NCBI GenBank assembly: GCA_000708835.1
Contig: DF237483.1
Location: 1 to 61,838, forward strand
Reading direction: 5' to 3'
Source: Klebsormidium nitens
Lineage: Eukaryota; Plantae; Klebsormidiophyceae
Length of the DNA stretch: 61,838 bases
Shown: positions 1 through 10,366 of the stretch, one piece after another
Layout: every line of letters starts with the position of its first letter
How positions within the stretch are numbered: the stretch's first letter is position 1
The notes under the pieces: generated by a model
Database searches by the model: none
What the model was told of the DNA's origin: nothing
The model's input: only the letters and a program-made list of their open reading frames with translations
Made by a program: the position numbers and the translations under genes

Positions 1-65
1 CCATTTTGAAGATCCGGCTTTCCGCGTGTGAAGTCTGCTCGCAAGTTGCAACGTGCAATTTTCAA

Positions 66-337
66 CCAAGTGAAATGCCAAATGGTCTCAAAGTTCAACC
101 GAACGTTAAACAGTACCAAAACCCTTACTAGTATCCTAGTAGGAACCTAGAAACTTATTAACTAAGGGATCATCGTCATCGTCACAGTGTGACGATGATC
201 CCTAAGTTTATAAGTTTCTAGGTTCCCACTGTGACGATGATCCCTAAGTTTATAAGTTTCTAGGTTCCTACTAGTAAGGGATTTTGGTACTGTTTTAACA
301 TCGGTTGAACTTTGAGACCATTTGGCATTTCACTTGG
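66..337. repeat. Foldback/MITE-like long palindrome with an internal tandem duplication
   Basis: 66-102 (ccaagtgaaatgccaaatggtctcaaagttcaaccga) is the exact reverse complement of 301-337. Arm symmetry continues inward with small indels to a centre near 186. The 39-bp segments 188-226 and 230-268 are identical direct copies. No convincing target-site duplication. Confidence 0.85.
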
Positions 338-863
338 AACAGTGACAGTGACAGTTCACTTCAGAAGTCCGAAGCTGGATTCATTGAGTTCTGTTGTTAG
401 ATTGGGATATACCGAGATTTCCCAATTGCAGTTCAAACATGGCCGAAAACTCAAAATATGTAGCGACGATCGAGGCAATTGTCTAGTGTGGTGTGCTGAT
501 ACCAAATAAAATCACAATCGGGCCTCCAATCTCGGATACAATTCAACGGAGCAACTCCGAGCGGGCAATGCTGAGCCGAAATATAAAAGAAAAAATCCGA
601 TCGAACGTTTTATGTTTCGTGCGTATGAGCACATTCTCAACATCGAAAGCTTGGTCATTAGAAATGGCCATAACATCTCAACCGAGCAACCGCCACGGTC
701 GCTGCCATTGACCATCGCTGGTCAAAGAGCTCGATCATGGAATCTGGTTTTGAATCAGCATACTTCTCGGATTTGCTCTGCTGAACACAAGCATACTTTT
801 ACTGTTACTTTGCGATATGATCGAGAAGTCTCTTAGACGCGATGAGCTACCAAGAAACAGGAG

Positions 864-3854
864 TTAAAGATTTGAACACATGCGAGACTGAATAATCCCA
901 CTTAGCAAATCTCTCGCTTCGATTACTGACGTCCTGGTTAAGGGAGGTTCTAGCTTGGGAATGGCCTTCCTTGGAATTCCGAGGTCCATAGCTTCTTTTG
1001 CCATGACTTCGTAAGCATTGGCCCACGTTTCTAATAGGTCAGAGGAAGAGCCATCTTCTACCGAGTCCTCCGCCTGTGACAAAGTCTGGAACGCCAGCGA
1101 ATCATGTGTAGGTAAGTCTTCGAGCGCTTCAGTCCTGCAAAGCACGGTTCGATTGGATGACAATCAATAATAAGTACATAGTAAGTGGTTTTTGAGTGCC
1201 TGAGTGCCTTGAGTGCCTTGAGTGCCTTCATCATAGTTGCATGGACAATACTAGTCGGCTGAGATTGTCGATCAACCTCATCCATGGAGCATATTATAAA
1301 CTTCGAACGAAGTGCGAAACCTAAGACCTTGTCCAAGCTGCTTCAAAGGTATCCGGAGCTCACCTCAAATCTGTATTCTCCCTCTTCACTCCAACAATAG
1401 CATAAAAGGGATCGGATAACGTAGAGACATTTTCGTCTCCGAGCTCGTGAGTTAATACCGTTTCGATGTCCTCGAAGCCAGCCGTCTGCAACATGCTTTT
1501 GACAAGGTCGAGTCTCCTGTTCACAAAGAAATGCAACAATAAACGACGAATCAATATTTACTGATCGGCTGATCCACAACAGAAAGAGGCGGGTGACATT
1601 AATTTGATGTTTCAGATCAGCTCTCCAGAATGACTGTAAGTGTCCTGCTAACGAGCGTTAGAGGTACGTTCGTGAATTAGATCAGGTCATTGAGCAGACA
1701 CCTCTCACGTTTGTAGAACAAAAATCTCGCGCGGCAGACTGTGAAAGCCTACAACCTATATGTCTTCAGCCCATTGACAATCTCGATTCGCGCCCTCTCA
1801 AATCCAACGTTCTTCAATATACGGGGATACTTGCGCCTTCAACCTTTTGCTCGGTCAAATCGGAAGTCGAGATGTTTCGACGCTCACTTCTCAGCAGTAC
1901 GCCGCAGCCAACCGGCAACAGCCTTTTCCCCATAAGAGTGCTTGCTGCACAGGTGATATCGAAAGTGAATCAATGAGAGGCCGTTGACCTGATTTGACTT
2001 GCTATTAAGCAGAAATTCAGTCTGCGAATTACATGGTGAACAGCAAGAGTAGTCAGTAATTCTCGTTCAAGAAGTCGTGGGTGAGTCTCGGATCTTGCTC
2101 AATCGCGAGATACGTAGATTAGCAACTTTTGTGATGGTCTTATCCGTTCGATTTTAGCGTCTCACCTGAACGTGACTATGAGAAGGCCTCCAGGGGCCAA
2201 GACGCGCGCAATCTCCTGAATGATCTGTTCATAAAAGTGAACACAGGAAGGTAAATCTCCCAACCGGAGGAAAGATCTTAGACCCATGAAGTCTCGTCAT
2301 CACCTGGCCGCAGGCGTCAAGGCGATCTATGATTGTCCTACATGACTCCAGTGCCACCTACAGAGTGCGAGATGCTAGAGAGCAAGGAAGCGAAATTGAA
2401 CGAGGTGGTCGGCGCTTCGTTTTCACAGGTCGATTTTTGGTCGAGCTTGTCAACGCGCACCAAGTCATGGTTGACTAGAAATCTTGAAGCAATCTATGAA
2501 TCTAATGCTGGATCTTTGCCGCAAGTGCAGCGACCACCTTCTACAAGGAAGACGGCTTCCGCTCAAAAGGACCATAAGAAAGTCTTCAGAAGAGAACTTC
2601 TAATTGCAAAAACAAGATAACCTGAAACCTCCATGTAGCTGCCAACGAGCTGTACAGGGCTTATTACAGGAACTCGGAAAGCAAGGGGATGCCACAAAAG
2701 CCCAATAGACTAAGAGAGAAACGATGAGAAGCTTCTTTCGTTTTGCATCTTACTTCCTTTGGTCGCTCTAGGTATTGAATGGCAAGTGAGATGAGCACAG
2801 CATCAAATGTGCCGTCCTTGTGGGGAAGGTGTTGACTTTTGTTCAGATCCTGCAAGCAGATTGATCTACGATGCTTTCAGATCCATATTACACTCGCGCC
2901 TCAGTATGCTTCGGAAAAACAAGAGTACTGTGATGAGGATTCTTGACAAGACCCAAGTCAGGCTGCCTTTCGCTTACATGAAGTTTTGGCAGGCATTGTG
3001 AAACAATTTATTGCAGAGAACAGGACTTGGATGCGGTTCAAAGGGACAGGGAAGCCTCTCACCCAGCTCTCACCACCTTCACAAAGAACGTGCAGATCTC
3101 TCCGATGGATAACCACAATAAGAAAAGGGCAAGAAAGTCCCCATACCTGTACCCAAAATCGGTGAAGTCTTGTGTTGGCCAGCAATTCCGCCTCATTCAT
3201 ACCCTGCCCCTCAACCCTCTCAAAGCTCATGTCTTCCGGCAGGTGCGACACCCAACTTGACATCAAGTCGAGAACACGCGAACCTTCTCTAAGTTTCTGT
3301 CTGTACAGTGCAGTGAGCTTCTCTCTGTAGCCGTCATCTGCGTGCTGCACAAACCGTGGCCGTTCATAGAAGACAGCGTCGTCGGTGGTGTCTAGTTTGA
3401 CCCAATCGGCTTCTTCGTCTGCTTGTTGCCGGACTCGAAGGACTCTGAAAGCGGGCTCTGGAGACTGATCTGAGCTACCTGAAGACTCCTCTTGATTGCT
3501 AGCTTTGATAGGGCATGAGCGTGTGGTTTTCATTCGAGATCTGTTCTCGCCCAGTGTTGTGGCTGGCAGGCTACTAAGGGATTCCTTTCTTGTGCTGGAT
3601 GCACAACAGAGCAATCTAGCGCTTTTGTGGCATACAGACATCACATTACATAAGTTGGTTGTAACCTCCTGTGACAAATGTCTATACTTCCTCATAAGAC
3701 CAGGCTGCAACCTGTGCACTTCTTTGATCCAAGCATCTATACTCTTAGTTGATCCCAACTGCTGGGCACTGGCTAGTTTGCAACAGGGACGGCCTGCCAA
3801 GCGACGCAAGTCACTAGGCGCCATGGGCATGGACAATTGCGCAATGCTGACCAT
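864..3854 (-). CDS. Class I SAM-dependent methyltransferase (plant/cyanobacterial Methyltransf_11-like type), probably plastid-targeted, about 447 aa
   Basis: Exons 3854-3147, 2849-2754, 2224-2166, 1944-1888, 1516-1364 and 1134-864 join in frame through GT..AG introns. Motifs: DDAVFYERPRFVQHADD, VLDLMSSWVSHLP, GQGMNEAELLANTRL, FDAVLISLAIQYLERP, EIARVLAPGGLLIVTFS, DPFYAIVG. The long Ser/Arg-rich N-terminus resembles a transit peptide. The start could also be ATG 3830 or 3824. Confidence 0.85.
1193..1227. repeat. 9-bp intronic tandem repeat (tgagtgcct) x4
   Basis: Read directly from the sequence; first unit is one base short. Confidence 0.8.
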
Positions 3855-4750
3855 GTTTATGCTTGCTCTTGAGCTGACAGATGAGCTACAGAAGAGCTAT
3901 CAGATTCAAATGAAGGGACCCCTCAGAGCATTGCAATTTGCAATTGGCAAGCGCCTTCGCATTCTGCATGGAGAGGAACTTAGCGTGCAGAGCGGGCTGG
4001 ACGGGCAAGCGCGTGTTGCAAAGCCCAGGACTCCTCTTATGCACAGGCCGCTTTCTCCTTGAATTTTCAGCGGTTTCAAATGCGTACTCTGCATGTAGAA
4101 ATGATACCTTCAGGTTCCTGTAACGGGCTTCGAACCAGGTGTGGTTAAAATTAAAGTAACGCAAGGATGAGCTGGCTGCTGATTGAGCTGTCTCGAGTTT
4201 CAAAATGTTGTGGTCTGCCAGCAGTCAAAAGCGCATCCCTTTGCCCACATCACGAGAGCAAAGGTCCATCTGCCAGCATTTCGACAATCATCCTTTCGCC
4301 AGCAACACATTTGCTGGTGGCGAGTGCGACGCCAAGCCCCTTGGCAGTTTATCAATCAAGCATTCCAGCAAGCTCAAAGACGTCAGATTGTTTCTAACTC
4401 TCAGTTGAGGATGAAGCAGCATTGCTACCAGTGTGCACAAACCGCAAAAGCAACTGTTGGTGGTATGGTGCATCAGTCCTGCGATGGCATGTGCCTGCTG
4501 CTACTCAGCAATTTCTAGCAGCTAGAGAATTCCTCATGAATCTAGCATCTGATCTTGTGATGCAGGGCTAAGCTATGCTCCCAACAAAGTTGCAAGTATC
4601 AGCTTACACGACATGAGCTTCCAGAGAGGGGCAACTGGCTGTTCAAGCGAAGCTTGACTCACCCCGGAATTTCATCTCACTGCACTCACATTGAAGCTCA
4701 AGTGTGGGCACTGTTGCATCCGGAAAACTTTTAGCAGTGTAGCAATTAGT

Positions 4751-7700
4751 ATGGAAGAACTTCAAGAGGGGGAGTTGGCTGACTTTGTCTTTACCCCCAG
4801 CTCAAAGCCGGGGAGAGAAGCCAGCAGATTGATTCCTCCCCGCTTTTCCAGGGTCAGGTTTCCTCAGGTGGGGAGCGTATCTTCGCATGTTCAGGCAGTT
4901 TGCCACGGAAAAAGTAATTTGCCAGATATGAGTTTAAGTTGATGTTGTTGCCCCGATCCCAGTCAATGATTCAGCAGTGATCTCATAGTTTTCCAATTCT
5001 ACAAGCGGTGGGGCGGTGTGCAAATTTTGCTCACTTGGTTCTCATTTTTCTTCTAGATCTTGATGCCTTGCGACTTACGTCACTTGCGGTGAACTAGCCT
5101 TTAGTATGCCCGTTGGGACCCCCCTCTATATCAGCTAAATCAAACATTTCAGAGCTCCTCTGACCTTATCGCACGAAGTCCATTTGGCGGTTGACAAGAA
5201 AGTCGGAGATTTGGAAGCGTAATTCCATGTTTCCAACTCAGCCAAACCCGGCAAGGCATGCCAGCAGATCTCTCATCTTGTCAGAGTCATCACAAGCCAA
5301 CTACCAATTCGTTCCCCAAAAGTCGACAAGATCCTGCACCAGCACTCTCTAAAAAGATACACTCTGAATACCTTTGAAAGCGTTCTTGGAATATTGCAGC
5401 TCAACTTTCTTTCATCATGCAGGAGTACTTCTTTGTCAACAAAATGACCGACCCAGAAGCATTGCGGATGGAGAATGGAGAAGAGGGCCATGCGACTGGT
5501 CCTGCCACGGGCTCTTTCGGCCTCGACTTTGGGATTGACTTCAGGGAAGGCCAGGTGAAGAAACGAATTGAGCCTTTTCAGTCATGCCGGAATCCGCTCC
5601 GCTTATACTGCTTGAAGAACACTGAACACTCTGCCTGTCAAAGAAGTGGTATGAGCCTCCTATTACTTGGTTTGTCCCTGGTCTTCCTTGAAAACTTCCA
5701 GAACAAAGATGTAGTCTTTCACGGGCATCAAGAAAGAGTCTGTTCCGCCTCAAATGTACATGAATTGAAAGGCTAAAATTCCATCATGGAGCAGTCGGGA
5801 CATGTTACTCAAACACCGAATTGACATTGACTAGCAGCTCAGAGACGTAAGCAAGGAGACTGATCGGTAAAGCACAGCCTCCGCCGATTTTTGCGTCGGT
5901 CGTTGAATCCCTCTTTTGCCTGCCTGAAGAAACGAATGACCTCTATGAGATTCTTTGAAGCCATGCAAATCATGTCCTCAAGCGCTTCAACACTGGTCAG
6001 TTCCTACTGTCTGTCATATTTTGAGTACTCTATTGTGGTCCTTCCCAGCCTCTCCTTAACATGTTACCTCCGACCATCGAGATGGGGATTCAAAAGACAC
6101 TGAACTACAGGATCCCAACCTATTTGAGTTGAATCGTCGAGTTGTGCTCTCCGTTACTCCGGTTTCCCCCTCGGAACTGGCCGTCAGGATCGGACTCCGA
6201 TTTTTCAAGAGGCCGGCCGCTTTCTCACTTTCATCTCGACACTTGTACCCTTACGCGAGCAAGGTGCGTCGTAGTGTCAAAGCCTGGAACAGTCGCGTAG
6301 GAACTGCTCAAGCTTATCAGTGTCCACTCTGCCGACCATTTTGTCCCTTCGCCAGCTCGCTCTCGAACCGTCTGTATCAGACTTCGGACCCCCACAGAGC
6401 CTCACCGAATCCGATTGAGTGCTTTGACACTCGCATCTTCATGAGTGCACACCCCGCTACTGTCAGACCTTAGAAGCATCCGCTTACTTAAAACTAAGGC
6501 CCTCCAAAGTTACAATCTACGATCTTTTCCTTGTTTCCGCAGCTCCCTCCCGAACCGTCCGAATCCGACTTCGGCCCCCCGGACAGTCTTGCCGAGTCCG
6601 AAAAAGGTTTATGGGAGCACGGGATGCCCCTGCTGCGGAGCCTCTTCGACGAGCGTCCGATCTGGAGCCGTGCGATGATCCAGAGCTGCGTGGATGCCAC
6701 GTGGACGCACCTGGTCCGTCCGATGCTTCTCAAGCTTGCGTACACGTTCCACAACGGGCCGTGGCGGCTGCTGTGGGTCAAGAAGGGGGCCGACCCGCGG
6801 ACAGATCCGTCGCTAAGGAAGTGAGTGTCAAGTTGCTTGAAAGGACGAACTTGAAACGGATGGTGTGTCTTTCTTCCAGAAAAATCAGCTCTGGAAGCTC
6901 ACCGCAGGGTAGAATGTTCGCTCTTTTGATTCGACAAATGTTCGGCACCGCTCGTCCTGATCTTGAATGGGAATCGTCAATTGATTCACTACTCTGCATA
7001 GGAGCCGGGCTGGAGCATCTCCCGGCTCCAACAGACAGCGCGAATGCGGATTCTGTCATGAAGATTCTACCTGCTTCGTCACTACGTCCGTGTTGGCTCA
7101 AATGAATCCCCTCCCAGCCGCCGCTTGCGACCACAGGTCATCGTCGAAATGCTACCGCTCAAACCTTCTAACTCTGGAAACCTGAAACCTCCCCCCACAG
7201 GAAGCCATGATATCAGGACTAAAAGCCTTAAAGAGGGCGTCAAATTTCAAGGCACACTCGTGCATCTGAGTCCTGAGGGAAAATTTCATCCCACGGCGCA
7301 CATTCCATCTTGAAAACTGCCCTCGGCGACCAAGACTGCGCCATGCGGCGCTATCTGGTCGCTGGAGGGGGGAGCGGTCCCCCAACGCCCTCTTTAAAGT
7401 AGTAAGACGGGAACTTAATACTTAAGCTCTAACCATTAATTTTCAAGCCGCTCCGCACCCGTAAATTACCCTGACCTCCAAACTGATCCTACCCGTCCCA
7501 GGCTGGCAATCCTACTATTTTTGGGATAATTATTCGTGGATGTTATCACCGGTTCGCAGATATCAGCTGCTCGACTTCCGCGTCCCTCGTGCGTGGTACG
7601 ACGCGATGCCAAAGGGCCACGAGGCCTTCTTCCAGTCGTCGCTGATGCGCCCCTGGGGGGGCATGCTCAACAGCCCGCGGTGGGGGGGGGAAACGGAGGA

Positions 7701-9477
7701 GGCCGTGGCGACCTGGCGGGCCACGCAGCGCTTTGAGCGCGCGCCCGTGCAGCGCTCCACCTTCTTCCAGCTGTGCGACCTGGAGGATGACGACATCCAA
7801 CGTCATCTGGCGAAGCAGCCAGTGCCCGCCGCATGCGATGTGAGTGCGGTGGATCGAATCTAAAGCAAAGATGGGCCGGAGTAGTATTTACTGGCGGGAG
7901 ACGAGTGTGCGCCAGTTTGTAACGGGCCGCAGCCAATTTGGTTAAGGGTTCAGTGAGGTCAGGGAATCATAGACAGAGCGGTTTACGTAGGTAAACGTGG
8001 ATGGGTGAAAGGTTCCACGAATCGAGCTTAAAGACGTAAAGTTGAGCCTGGCAGCATGCTGCTACAGTCTCGGTTGAATTGGGACCACGCCGATGGGATC
8101 TGCAAGGAGGTGGAATGTACGTGAGTTTCGTTGGCGCTCTCGTCGCATACGGTCTTGTTCGGTCGTGCGAGCCGACACTTACTTTTGCTTCAGCCGGTCG
8201 TCAACATTTTTCAAGACTGAGGCTACAAACTGTCTTTGCGCCCTCTTTGAAACTCCGGCTGATTGTAGACATGGGCCCAGCAGGAGAGAAGCATTTGTCA
8301 CGAATATTGGAGACAATCTCGAACCTGCTTCTCAGGTGAGATAGCTCCTGCTCGACTCTTGATGCTAGTTCGGACGGAACCTCGTTGCGATTTGCAGGGG
8401 TTTGTATAGAAAACGACCGTTACGGACGAGCTCGGCGTTACAAATGTCACCAGCTTTCATTGTCTCCCCACCGACTTCTCTGGTCCTTCTTTTCACCTTT
8501 TGTCTCGTTGCTTCCAAAATTCCATTTCGCCCCCTCACGTCTTCCTACACCAGAAACCTCGCGTTTACTCGTGTCGCTCTTCTTTTCACGTCGTGCTGAC
8601 GTCATTCGCTCTTGTCTTGTTCTCAGAGCACCTCCGGCTGGTACACGTCAGCAGCGCTGTCGGAGGTGCGGCGGCTGATGAAGGAGCGGTACCGGCGGTT
8701 CCTACCGGAGGGGAACCCGTGGCGGGACCTGGCGACGCCCGCTGGCGTGGGCGGCCATGGCCGCAGCATATGGGACCTGGAAGCGGCGCGGAGCGGGGGG
8801 GGGGGGTGAAACGGAAACGTCCGGAAGCCAGTCAGACGAGACTGGGGGCGGAAGCTGGTATTGATTCTTCTGGGGGGGTGAGGGAGCAGGGGGATTCAGA
8901 GGAGGAGGGGGTGAAGGAACGGAGCGAAGAACGCGGGGAGGTGGAAGGGGAGGGGGGGGATGTAGCCGGTACCGAGAAAGAGCAGGGAAACAATCACGCA
9001 GCGGCAACGAGTCGTGAAGAGGGGGTAGAGGAAGGCGGGGCGGGATCCCAGGACGAGGAGGATGACGTCAGCAGCAGTAGCGAAGAGGAGGAGGGGGGCG
9101 TTAGCGCCGAAGAGGAGGAGGACGACGAGGAGGAAGAGGAGGAGGAGGAGGAAGAAGATGATGATGACGTCAGCGAGGACGAGGACGATGAAGAGAACGA
9201 GTACGGGAGTGACGTCAGCGAGGAGAAAGGGCCGGCGGCCACGTTGGACCGGCGAAGGGGGGAGGTGTCCGGAACGTTGCCGTTACAGTCACCGTTGCCC
9301 GCCGTGCAGAAAATGCCACAGGGTTACATGCATGCGCTTCTCGGGAGGTTTCCAGAGGAGGTGCGGGCCGGCGAGGCCCTGCCACGTGGCAACGCCCAGG
9401 CTGAGCTAGATTCCGAGGAAGCGTTTCCGATCTTTGAAGCCGACGAGGAGAGCGAGGAGGAAGATGCTGGGCGGTGA
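4751..9477 (+). CDS. GTF3C5: General transcription factor IIIC subunit 5 (Tau95/Tfc1 family); 5' end unresolved; apparent frameshift at G12 run 8795-8806
   Basis: Exons about 4751-4867 (LADFVFTP, LIPPRFSR), 6543-6820 (LFDERPIWSR, LAYTFHNGPWRLLWVKKGADPRTDP), 7560-7839 (YQLLDFRVP, PVQRSTFFQLCDLED) and 8627-9477 (SGWY, then an acidic tail and GYMHALLGRFP). These match Tau95 motifs from recall. A possible upstream exon lies near 4260-4380 (FDNHPFASNTFAG). Confidence 0.8.
5040..6050 (-). pseudogene. Possible decayed coding remnant inside a GTF3C5 intron
   Basis: Protein-like reading (LTSVEALEDMICMASKNLIEVIRFF; MPVKDYIFVLEVFKED..RMALFSILHPQCFWVGHFVDKEVLLHDE) broken by several stops. No family recognised. 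Confidence 0.2.
6349..6430 (+). repeat. Decayed duplicate of the acceptor and 5' end of GTF3C5 exon 6543
   Basis: cag|LALEPSVSDFGPPQSLTESD* mirrors cag|LPPEPSESDFGPPDSLAESEK about 187 bp downstream. Confidence 0.75.
7415..7507 (-). repeat. Dispersed G-rich repeat, copy 1 (intronic)
   Basis: Reverse complement ccagcctgggacgggtaggatcagtttggaggtcagggtaatttacgggtgcggagc aligns with 25300-25357. Confidence 0.7.
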
Positions 9478-10366
9478 CGTTGGTTGACTTAATTAATCAA
9501 GTGAAAACAGGAGACTCTGCACTATTTTGCAGTATCCAATCTGCAATGGAGTTGCATTGGATCTATTATGCAAGATCAGATTGAATGCAGAGTTCATCCA
9601 GGCTTGTCACGGTCAGTCAACCACGGTGATCAAGTGCATTTTGCCACTCCAGTCGCCTACCCATCATTCGATGAGGCTGCATGATGCGTTCGAAGTGATT
9701 GCAGTGGCGTAGTCCTCGATGCGAATACATTGAGGTGGCATGAGGGGCGAGCGCGACAATAGGTTGCAATGGCTGCGCGCAATGATGCAACCATGGTGCA
9801 AATGCAGTACTGCGCACACCAGGGTATATGCAGCTGCACTGTCATATAGTGCCATGGCCGCCAAATTGTGCTCCCGGTTGCATGATGCCATGTATACGCA
9901 TATATTGACTCGCTGACGCGGTATGGTGTAGACACCATCACATTGGACCACATGTTTTGTATACAGCATCTCATGGAAAGACTGAGAATGACGTTCTGGC
10001 AGTGCATTGTAGGAAACGAATAACGTAATTATCTGTTGATTAAGCCTGACACGTGGATGCATGGCCATTCGATGACGGTCGTCGGACAGCAGCTAGCTAG
10101 GTCACGTCTGGCCGGTCATCCCGACCGAGACTTTGCACGGCCACCCTGATGTCTTCACAAGTTGATGCCATGAAAAAGTCTGACTGTCCATAAGCTCTTT
10201 GACTTCGATTCCTACCTTGACTGACGCGACTGTTCTGACCTCTGAGGTAGAGATGCTTGCCAACTCTACCGAACCGTTGATTCACGACGGTACTTGACTC
10301 AAACAACATGACAACTCAATCACTGTATAGCAGTCCTAATGCCTGACTGCACCTCAAAGCGCAACC

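Noticed and set aside
492-503. tRNA-iMet primer-binding-site-like TGGTATCAG on the minus strand (also near 54228-54237)
   Set aside because: Only a partial match, no adjacent LTR ending in CA, and no paired LTRs found.
864-3854. Methyltransferase as arsenite methyltransferase (ArsM/AS3MT) because ACR3 is nearby
   Set aside because: Motifs match a different family (FY..PRFV.H.D, LDLMSSWVSHLP) and the ArsM catalytic Cys pattern is not evident.
3886-4203. 105-aa minus-strand ORF upstream of the methyltransferase
   Set aside because: No recognisable motif or clear splice link; probably promoter/UTR.
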